64,000 nucleotides of DNA from the NCBI GenBank assembly GCA_963678065.2, contig CAXXVZ010000005.1:864001-928000 (forward strand). Direction: 5' to 3'. The notes under the pieces are model-generated. The model saw nothing but the letters and a program-made list of their open reading frames with translations, ran no database searches and had not been told where the DNA came from. Positions 56,041 to 64,000 of the stretch are shown one piece after another; within the stretch, counting starts at the first letter, position 1, and each line of letters opens with the position of its first letter. The translations under genes and the position numbers were made by a program. The stretch is from Treponemataceae bacterium (lineage in GTDB: Bacteria; Spirochaetota; Spirochaetia; Treponematales; Rectinemataceae).

Positions 56041-57130
56041 ATTATTCTTACCTGGAGGATTGCCACGTAAATATCTCTTATATGCTTCATCGAGAATGGT
56101 TTCGCTTTCTTCGATAATAACAGAATTTTTATGTATTTTATTTACTAATTGATCAGCAGGTAAAGATATACTAGATATTGATGATTCAACTTTTATACAT
56201 AATTCCTTATGGATTATTTGTATATCTTTATATAATTTATTAAATGTTTCATATTCAGAAAATCCCATACATAGATTGGGAATTTGTATTTTAAAATCTT
56301 TAAATTTTTTAAACGCCTCATTTATTTTTCCATCACGATTCCGCTGTATTTCATATGCCACCTGCTGTGGCATATAAAGCCTAATATCCCTATTCAACAT
56401 ATCATTCAACTTTGAAAATTCAATTAAGTCATTACTTGAATAATAATATAAATCTAACCATATATTAGAGTCTAGGAACAAATTTTTCACCGAAATTACT
56501 CCTTTCCTCAAAATTCATTCTATCTATTATGCTTGGTGATTGATTATCCAATTAGAATATCAGATCCCTCGGGAATTATAATTGCGCCTAACGTTCGCCT
56601 GCCTACGACGTTGTGGCGAGCATCGGCGAGCCACAATGTGCCTGAGCGGAATGAGCGTTAGCGAGTGGAGCGATGGCCGAAGAAGGAGCCGCAGGCGACT
56701 GATGAGCGTGGGCAGTGCTGTTAGGCGAAGTAGCTCAGAAAATTATACACGACTAATTCCCAAATCTGTAAATATTGGATCCAAATCATCTTGTAGTAAT
56801 GGCCATTTATTAGTGATATTGTCTTCATAATTGAATACGAGTATATACATTATGATCACTACAGGTTGCCTAAAAAGCAACTTAGTTGCTGAACGCTCAA
56901 TAATTCTCTCTATAATATATGATTTTTCTTTAATAAAATTATCAACAATTTCTGGTGTGATAATTTTAATTTCATCACAAAATGCATCAAGAAGGTAAAA
57001 ACTGAGTTTTTCCTCATACTCAAAATTTATTTGAGAACCATATTTTTCACGGATATGCTCTACAATTGGATTCACATAACTATCTTCGCACTCAAAACTG
57101 TTTTCTGCTTCAATAAAAATACAATCAGTT

Positions 57131-58525
57131 GAGGCTTTTTCAAAACTCCGTAATCCGCTTTGTAAAAAAGCGAGTTATTGTAACTGAAGCTTCGTTTTTA
57201 CACAGTAAAAATTACATGTGCAGTAAAAAGGGCTCTCTTTTCAGTGCAAAAGATGGACTACGCCTACAAAACCCAGTTCTGTCGGATCACCAGGTTACAA
57301 TTTCTGCAGTTCGGGAAGGATGAAGTACTGCAAAGCCTTGATGGCCGCCAGAACCACTACCCCGCACATGAGCAGGAATGATACTTTCTCAAATCCCCGT
57401 ACAAATATCTGACCCGGTATGAGCCAATCCTTCAAATGCGAGTTTGCACGTTCAACCGTTGTCCTGATTGTGTACCGCTCCTTCTGTGACGGCGAAAATG
57501 GTTCCCGTTCCGTTCCACGACGCGTATTCCGATCAATCAGCGGAACACGCCCACGTCCCTGGATATAGGTCGCGATGGGATCCGCATCGTATGCAGCGTC
57601 CATGACTGAATACAGATGTCGGACCTTTTTCTCTGTCATCTTTTCCAGAGGAATCGCTACTTGCGAATCATGAACATTGGCGCCGGTTACGACTGCTGAA
57701 ATAGGGAATCCTGTGTCGCTGACATCAAGGTGCAACTTGTATCCTTTCCATGTTTCCCTATTCCCCTGGCTGTTCTTCTTGCATCCCCATGCACAGTTTT
57801 TTGATAGTTCTGACAAGGATTTCCTGACGCTTTGGCCGACTTGCTTTTCTATCTGTGTCGGCTCCTTCACAGGCCGAACTTCTCCTTTTCGGGGACGACC
57901 CCGTTTCCGTTGCGGTGTCGTGGAAGAAACAGCTTCACGTTTGGCAGGTACAGGTTTTTCTCGTGCTCGTATCTCCGTCGCATCCCGATTTATGTGTCCG
58001 ACGATATGGCCGTCATGACAATCCTTCACCATGGTATTCAAAGTCTGAATCAGCGGAGTCTTTTTTGAAAACTCCGCGTAGCGACGCGAAAAGGTCGCAG
58101 AGCTTGGAACGGAGGTGAAGCCGCATATCCTCCGCAGATTCGGATCGTTGATCAGCCTGTTCCTAAGGTCCGTGACTGTCGCTATGTGGAATACAGTACG
58201 GGCGAAAAACGCCCGCATGATCGGTTCGTTCCGATGTGGAGGACGGCCAGTTCGTGCACATGGTGATGTAATCCGTGGCTGAGCATCTTCAATGACTCGG
58301 AGCAGAGCGATAAAAAAGCGATGTTCGTCGGTGAGATATTCTTCGAAACATCGCTGGATATCGTAAGAAATCGGCAAAAGTATTTGCGCTCCGCCCAGTA
58401 TTTCTGGTATGGTTTTCATCAGCGGGGGCTCCTCCTGGTGACGTTTGTGTTGCAACATCATCATACAGGTTCTGTCCCCGCTTTTCATTATATTTCATTC
58501 TGTTCTTGTGTTTTGAAAGAACCTC
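57131..58525 (-). mobile_element. IS5/IS1182-like insertion sequence
   Basis: IRs GAGGCTTTTTCAAAAC / GTTTTGAAAGAACCTC; 4 bp TSD AGTT; 1395 bp. Confidence 0.88.
57295..58488 (-). CDS. DDE transposase (IS5/IS1182-like)
   Basis: TGRPP, LRRICGF, PSSATFSR, DAT, GYKLHL, MDAAYD, RTTVERANS; start uncertain. Confidence 0.88.
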   Translation of the reverse strand: MKSGDRTCMMMLQHKRHQEEPPLMKTIPEILGGAQILLPISYDIQRCFEEYLTDEHRFFIALLRVIEDAQPRITSPCARTGRPPHRNEPIMRAFFARTVFHIATVTDLRNRLINDPNLRRICGFTSVPSSATFSRRYAEFSKKTPLIQTLNTMVKDCHDGHIVGHINRDATEIRAREKPVPAKREAVSSTTPQRKRGRPRKGEVRPVKEPTQIEKQVGQSVRKSLSELSKNCAWGCKKNSQGNRETWKGYKLHLDVSDTGFPISAVVTGANVHDSQVAIPLEKMTEKKVRHLYSVMDAAYDADPIATYIQGRGRVPLIDRNTRRGTEREPFSPSQKERYTIRTTVERANSHLKDWLIPGQIFVRGFEKVSFLLMCGVVVLAAIKALQYFILPELQKL

Positions 58526-59106
58526 AGTTGTTTCAATTAGAGCCATGCTTCGGGCAATCAAACGATGAATACCTGGATCAGAGGTTTTTTGAGGTTTATA
58601 TATTGTGTTATGTGTCAGTTCACTATATGCATGTTGCAATATAGTCCGTACCTGTATCTCACACGAGATTCCTTTTTTTAAAACAATATCTCTACATATG
58701 ATATCGTTCTTTGGTCTCAAAATATAATGAACAGACTGGTACTCGAACTTTGTTGGATTTTTTCTTCGTTCATCTTCAAAATCTCTGTCGCAACTAAACG
58801 AAAATACATTCTGCTCTTCAATGATTTTTTTAAATTTCTTCAACCGATTTATTGTAAGAAATATAAAACGAATACCCACTTTATCAGTTATATCATTATA
58901 CGGATCGCTATAATTTTTTTCACGATAGAAAGCTTTTTGTATTAATGATTTTTCATCTTTTACTCGAAAACTAGGATCAATACAAAAATCGCTCTTACTC
59001 CCTTTATTCTCTGTCCATTTCAAAATTAAGAAATCTCTTACATACTCTCCTAACCCAGCATACATACTTTTTTCTTTTTTGAATTTATCAACAAAGTCGT
59101 TCTCTA

Positions 59107-60247
59107 TCATACTTTTTGATCCTCAATTTTTCCTTTTATAGCTACAGTAGTTTCAGTTTGATCCGAAGAAATTATACGAATAACATCCGACAAAGAACCA
59201 CCGACTCTTAATATTTTTACTCCACTAGAAAATCTAATATTTCTTCTACGAAGCTTATTCTTTATTAGGCTCAAATCCTTAACTATTCCCTGTTCTGGAT
59301 AATGCGATACACGCATATAGGCTAGATATTTGTCCCTATGCCTAATTTGAAGATTTGCCTCTGCAAATTCCTTTACACCAATAGTAGTCGCAACTTCATT
59401 TCGTAGATACCCATACAAACTATCTTGATAGTTTAGTTTTACTGTAAGCTCACTATCCAAATCATTGATATATTCTCTTGTAAGTAAGTAAAATTGCTGT
59501 GTTTGAGCTTTATTACTTTCAGCTATTTTGCATCCTAAAAAACCAAAATAAAAATATTTAGCCGCTTGCGTTGATTCAGAACGAGTCATATTGTGATCAT
59601 ATATAAAGGCATCATAGGCATCATTGTTAGCAATAAAAAACCCTATTTTGTATAATTTTTGTTGCGGGGTAAGAAATAGGTCAGCTAAATATTCGATAGT
59701 CAGATTTCCAGAAAAACCAGATTTATGAAAACCAGTATGTACTTCAGCTTTTACTAACGCACAACATTTCTTGCTAGATGCCCCAATGGTACCAATAATT
59801 ACTGCTAATATTCCTCCAGGTATTTTTCTAGAAATTTGAGCCATAGAAAGCTTTTCTGCAAATTCTTTAGAATGTACTACATAGTCAGTTTCGCCACAAC
59901 TCAATATATTTACGACTGTTTGATAAACACTATCAGTCTTCTTATCAACTATATCCATTTGAATACAGTGAGAGTTATTTCCTAACGCATCAACAATTCG
60001 TTTCTCTAGCGTTTCAATCCCTTTGCTATCTAGGGGAGCAACTGTATTACTAAAATGCGGTATAGTCGGTTTATCTGTATCATCTCTTTGCATACTAATT
60101 CTTTCGTATTTAGCACAACATGACTTATGAATTTACCTTGTATTCATTGGGTAATATTGTAACTCACGTTGTCATACTAATGAAAGATTTAGTAACTTCA
60201 TGAAAAATAATTTTTCCAATTCGAAAATTTTCAAAAAATTGTGACAT
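59107..60247 (-). pseudogene. Nucleoid-associated (YejK/NdpA-like) protein interrupted by a MITE
   Basis: Removing the MITE restores MSQFFENFRIGKIIFHEV-MQRDD... (346 aa). Family call rests on IIFHEV, PGGILAV, ALVKAE, KLYKIG, AKYFYFGFLGC. Confidence 0.7.
60095..60192 (+). mobile_element. 98 bp MITE with TA target duplication
   Basis: Nearly identical to 33321-33418; TA at 60093-60094 and 60193-60194. Confidence 0.92.
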
Positions 60248-60273
60248 GTTTTTCTCCTTTTCTGAGCTATTTC

Positions 60274-60530
60274 GCCTAACGTTCTGCCTGTTTACGACGA
60301 TGGCGTGAGCATCGGCGAGCGCCATTGTGCCTGAGCGGAATGAGCGCATGCGAGTGCAGCGATGGCCGAAGAGGGAGCCTGCGACCGATGAGCGTGAACA
60401 GCGCTGTTAGTTGCAGTCGTGACCTTCGAGCGCGCTTGGATGGGGAGACTTGTCTCTCCATCCAATACTATATCTTGCGCGCGTTCTTCTCTTCCTCTTC
60501 TCTTACCCTTATTTTTTCTTTCACGATTGC
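60274..60530 (-). repeat. SNC, 1 copy
   Basis: Same unit. Confidence 0.9.
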
Positions 60531-60749
60531 AACTAACGTTCGCCTGCCTACGACGTTGTGGCGAGCATCGGCGAGCCACAATGTGCCTGAATGGAACGAG
60601 CGGATGCGAGTGGAGTGAAGGCCGAAGAAGGAGCCGACAGGCGACTGATGAGCGTGGGCAGTGCTGTTAGGCGCTGTACCAATTCCCCGTCTTAATTGAA
60701 CCATCTCCGCGCCGGACGCCCGGAGGGCGAGGCGCGGAGATATTATATC

Positions 60750-61901
60750 CTAATCTTTAATCATAAAACTTTGAACAAAATATTCAGGAAATAATATTCC
60801 TATTCTTCTTTTTAACTTATTCCATCCTAAAACATTTTTATCAATTACTATTTCAAATTGCTTTCTATAATCCTCTTGTAAATTTTCGAGAATCAATTCC
60901 TTAATTCCATTAATAGTATTTAAACAGGTATCAATATCATCCTTTTCAATCTGAAACATTGTCTGAGAAGCAAATTCAACGGAAATATCTTTTTCAGATT
61001 CAAATACAGGAATAGTCCCTTCAAAAAACACATGATCAAATTTATTAACTCCTGGCTGAATATTCCCATGCAAGAAGTCATTTCGCTTATTCATCATTAC
61101 TAAAAAGTTTTTAAACCTAATATCCATTTGGTCAATCTGCTTTTTTAATCCAATACAATTCAAATGTAATGTCTTTATCCTTATATCAATATTATTTCTA
61201 AAAATACTATCTAATAGTCTTTCATCTTCTTTTATTTCAGGCCTTGCAAAGTAAAATACTACAAGATTGATAAATGACTCACCTACAACTGGCGCCAACA
61301 TTCGTATTGCTAATCCATAATCCTTTATTTTTATTATAGAATCTGTGTATCTCTTCATATCAGATAGGTACTTATCTGCTTCAATTTTAGTAAAAAAGGG
61401 CTTATCTATCTCTATTGGTTTCTCTGGATTTACTTCTGAGTATTTTGAATAAAAGTATTTCAAAGAATTATTAATTCTACTATATGTATTTGAAAACAAA
61501 TCCCAATGCTCAATATTGTTTTTTATACTCAATATTCCTTTTACATTTTTAGATATTTCATTTTGAAGCTCATTAATTATTGTATCTTCATTAATATTTT
61601 CAAAATCAGCTTTATTATTTGCAAATACATGAAATTCCAAAAAACGGATAGATCCTAAAATATCTATATACACTTTTTTATACTTAAATGAATAATGCCA
61701 TTGGATAAAATTATCGGAATCATTTGCTCTTATAAAAGATTGAAAGCCATTTGGTTGTCCATATTTGAATCTAAGGAAGCAGTATAAATCTATTTGTTTA
61801 ATACGATGGTTGTTCCTAATAATCAAACTTTCCATACTTTTGTTTTTTATTAAGTCAATGTATTCTTTATCTTTATGCAAAGTCATTTCATTTATTATCA
61901 T
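60750..61901 (-). CDS. Hypothetical protein with HEPN-like RxxxxH motif, intact copy
   Basis: 383 aa; VGESF...KRNDFLHGN. Confidence 0.75.
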   Translation of the reverse strand: MIINEMTLHKDKEYIDLIKNKSMESLIIRNNHRIKQIDLYCFLRFKYGQPNGFQSFIRANDSDNFIQWHYSFKYKKVYIDILGSIRFLEFHVFANNKADFENINEDTIINELQNEISKNVKGILSIKNNIEHWDLFSNTYSRINNSLKYFYSKYSEVNPEKPIEIDKPFFTKIEADKYLSDMKRYTDSIIKIKDYGLAIRMLAPVVGESFINLVVFYFARPEIKEDERLLDSIFRNNIDIRIKTLHLNCIGLKKQIDQMDIRFKNFLVMMNKRNDFLHGNIQPGVNKFDHVFFEGTIPVFESEKDISVEFASQTMFQIEKDDIDTCLNTINGIKELILENLQEDYRKQFEIVIDKNVLGWNKLKRRIGILFPEYFVQSFMIKD

Positions 61902-62231
61902 TGCATCCTCATATTCGATGTAGTTAAATCAATATTCATCGTTAAATTGTACGAGCCCGACGGCCGGAGGCCCGGGCGAGTCCTAATCAAACAAATGCGG
62001 GAAATTGGTATTGCGCCTAACGTTTGCCTGCCTACGACGTTGTGGCGAGCATCGGCGAGCCACAATGTGCCTGAGAGGAATGAGCGCATGCGAGTGGAGC
62101 GAAGACCGAAGAAGGAGCCGAAGGCGACTGATGAGCGTGGGCAGTGCTGTTAGGTGCAGTGCCAACCATCTTCGGGTAATGACGCGCGCCGACGGCCGGA
62201 GGCCCGGCACGGCATTGAAAATACTTGTCTA

Positions 62232-62891
62232 TTATATTTCGTTTTTCAATTCTGTGCTTATGAATTCTCTTACAGCCTCAACAACCTCTACTATATTCAA
62301 TATAGATTTCTCAATATCATTAATAACCTCAAAAGCATGGCCCGCTTTTTGAATCTCCTTTAGATTAACGTTTTTTCTTCCTTTTATGCGATTAATCTCT
62401 TCTACTTTGTAATACTTATCTGCCGTTCCACATACTACCATTGATCTATTAACCGACTCAATAATCGTTGAAAAAATATCGTGAACATATACTCCAGGCG
62501 TAAGCCAAATAATCAATGAATCAGCCGAAATCAAGTTTGCATTCAACTGCTTCATTAACATTGTAGTTCCAAGTGATTTCCCAATATATACTGTTTCTGC
62601 ATAATGGCTAGTTTCATTTTTAAGATTCTCTCCAATTACCCTACTGTCATAATCAAACCATGTATCCTGCAATTCCTCAGTTGCATTCATGAATTCAATG
62701 TTTTCATTATATCTATAATCAATACCATACGTATCATAACCATTGCTTCGAAATAGCTCTAATAAATAAAAGAAACAAGGCGCACTTAACGAATATCCTA
62801 GTCCTGGATAAAATATAGCGATTTTGCTATTTCCCTTCAGAGACTGTTGTACTGTAATGTTTTTTTTGTTATAGCCGAATATTTCATTCAT
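62232..62891 (-). CDS. Alpha/beta hydrolase
   Basis: YPGLGY, IGKSLG nucleophile elbow, GTAD, AGH. Confidence 0.85.
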   Translation of the reverse strand: MNEIFGYNKKNITVQQSLKGNSKIAIFYPGLGYSLSAPCFFYLLELFRSNGYDTYGIDYRYNENIEFMNATEELQDTWFDYDSRVIGENLKNETSHYAETVYIGKSLGTTMLMKQLNANLISADSLIIWLTPGVYVHDIFSTIIESVNRSMVVCGTADKYYKVEEINRIKGRKNVNLKEIQKAGHAFEVINDIEKSILNIVEVVEAVREFISTELKNEI

Positions 62892-63121
62892 GCTTTTCTT
62901 CCTCCACAGAAATTAAATGCAAATTTGCGCCCGACGGCCGGAGGCCCGGGCGCTCTCTTCGCCCAAAACGATGTTGGTTGGCATTGCACCTAACGTTTCC
63001 GGCCTGCGACGTTTTGGTGAGCATCGGCGAACCAAAATGTGCCTGAATGGAACGAGCGCATGCGAGTGGAATGAAGGCCGAAGAAGGAGCCAAAGGCGAC
63101 TGATGAGCGTGGGCCGCGGTG

Positions 63122-63943
63122 TTAGACGACGTTTTTCAGGAAATCATTTATAAATATGTCTTTCCAGAATTTAGTATAGTCATATTTTTCTTTCTCGATT
63201 GTTATATCGCTTTTTTTTATAAATTCATACAAAAATGCAGAACATATTTCAAATAGTACCCAAAATTGGATATTAACCATTTTTTTTCTCTCATTAATAT
63301 CTGTCATTTGAGAATTTTGTAACAAATTCAAATACTCACAATGAGCATAACTTGATAAATATGAATACAGGAATGAGCTTTGATAAGGAGTAACATTCAT
63401 TATTTTCATTATGTTTTTCCATCCAGGTCTCCATTTTCCTCTATTTTTGTATTCTGCTTTTTGATCTTTAGGTAATATTTTAAAACAATTATTATTGTAT
63501 ACTTTTTTTTCAATTTCGATAATTGCATTTTTTTCTTGTTTTAGTTTTTCAATTCCATCGGCATCTAATGGAATAAAGTGTTGTCTTGTAAGCATCCCCT
63601 CTCGTTCCCAGCTATAATATCTAAATTCCAATTCTTCATTATTTTTGGAATCAATATAGATATAGTAAAATAATAATACTGTTTCTAAAGTTGCTCTATT
63701 TATTGTAAGTATTGCTGAATAATCTTGTACCTTAACTTGTATTTTCCCATCATCAAGATTGGATCCATTTCGCAATGTACACATCGTAATAAAATGACAA
63801 TATATCTTGATAAAAAATTCATAGCCATAGGCTGTAATCCTATCAGGTATTGTTTTTTTATTTTGAATAGCCTTATCCACTTTATCAAATATTTGCATAA
63901 ACTGTACAATTTCATTATCAATATCAATTTTATTAGGATCCAT
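63122..63943 (-). CDS. Hypothetical protein (DUF5677-like)
   Basis: 273 aa; NRATLE...YI and YSYLSSYAH; stop codon lies in attC R''. Confidence 0.65.
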   Translation of the reverse strand: MDPNKIDIDNEIVQFMQIFDKVDKAIQNKKTIPDRITAYGYEFFIKIYCHFITMCTLRNGSNLDDGKIQVKVQDYSAILTINRATLETVLLFYYIYIDSKNNEELEFRYYSWEREGMLTRQHFIPLDADGIEKLKQEKNAIIEIEKKVYNNNCFKILPKDQKAEYKNRGKWRPGWKNIMKIMNVTPYQSSFLYSYLSSYAHCEYLNLLQNSQMTDINERKKMVNIQFWVLFEICSAFLYEFIKKSDITIEKEKYDYTKFWKDIFINDFLKNVV

Positions 63944-64000
63944 AATCTCTCCTGAAAAATGTCGTCTAACGTTCGCCTGCCTACGACGTTTTGTCCCGCA

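Larger units (their letters stand above)
54256..56490 (-). pseudogene. PIN-like domain protein (DUF4935-like) interrupted by ISL3
   Basis: LFLDSNIWLD. Removing the IS and one TSD restores GNPPGKNNSYGDAINW and a 317 aa frame. Confidence 0.88.
56743..59110 (-). pseudogene. RelA/SpoT-domain small alarmone synthetase interrupted by an IS
   Basis: RVKDEKSL, DKVGIRF, YQSVHY, EIQVRTILQHAYSELTH. Removing the IS and one TSD restores a 322 aa frame (...LIETTDCIF...). Confidence 0.9.
1..64000 (-). mobile_element. Integron gene-cassette array (superintegron interior), about 77 attC sites
   Basis: A ~140 bp imperfect palindrome recurs between almost every gene or gene pair. On the minus strand it starts RYYTAAC (R'') and ends GTTRRRY (R'), with complementary L boxes. 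Approximate + strand starts: 241,499,758,1926,2829,3086,4626,6405,6663,7540,8454,8711,9654,9913,10169,10879,11136,11395,12276,13306,13563,14967,16112,16371,17033,17291,17556,17812,20370,21182,22131,22890,23759,24015,24273,24530,25658,26527,26784,27043,28013,28271,29353,29611,29868,31524,34488,36141,37210,37467,38526,38782,39630,40437,41318,42361,42617,43584,44683,45653,47072,47941,48199,49201,50060,50770,51534,52405,53161,54036,56586,60274,60531,62014,62988, plus partial sites at both edges. Nearly all genes are on the minus strand and several stop codons fall in R''. Confidence 0.95.

Noticed and set aside
58289..58525. C-terminal tail of the 273 aa RelA/SpoT ORF
   Set aside because: It is read-through into the IS. 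The true C-terminus lies at 56743-57130.
213..60704. Many repeated short ORFs (MRRQVSPSKR..., MTFERAWMGR..., MARRCSPQ..., MCLSGMS...)
   Set aside because: They are read-throughs of the GC-rich attC and SNC repeats on both strands. Their starts and frames change with homopolymer indels between copies.
1..64000. CRISPR array interpretation of the regular repeats
   Set aside because: The repeats are ~140 bp with R and L boxes and separate whole genes. There are no short unique spacers and no cas genes.
1..64000. Integron integrase, attI or Pc
   Set aside because: No tyrosine recombinase ORF is present; both window edges fall inside attC sites.
1..64000. Firm taxonomic assignment to Spirochaetota
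   Set aside because: No marker genes are present; only the general style of the attC sites and genes hints at it.

Overview
The whole 64 kb window is the interior of a large sedentary chromosomal integron (superintegron) cassette array oriented on the minus strand. I count about 77 related attC sites of about 135-145 bp by eye. No intI or attI is visible; attI is expected beyond the right edge. The cassettes carry seven toxin-antitoxin pairs, seven GNAT genes, small enzymes and many AT-rich nuclease, TIR, HEPN, PIN, Schlafen-like and RelA/SpoT genes that look like anti-phage candidates. Four full IS copies are inserted (IS1634, two ISL3, one IS5/IS1182-like), plus four copies of a 97-98 bp TA-targeting MITE. 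The most unusual features are these. (1) A ~258 bp gene-less cassette occurs 27 times, with its own attC subtype and a nested hairpin. A diverged singleton cassette (17425-17562) keeps the same fold through compensatory changes. (2) Many cassettes have cassette-specific 19-24 bp inverted complementarity between their two ends, well beyond the 7 bp R box. (3) A two-gene cassette (nucleoid-associated-like protein plus small alarmone synthetase) has both genes disrupted. A spirochaete-like host is only a weak guess. All protein family calls come from motif recognition, not database searches. Most short ORFs in the track are artefacts of the GC-rich attC repeats.
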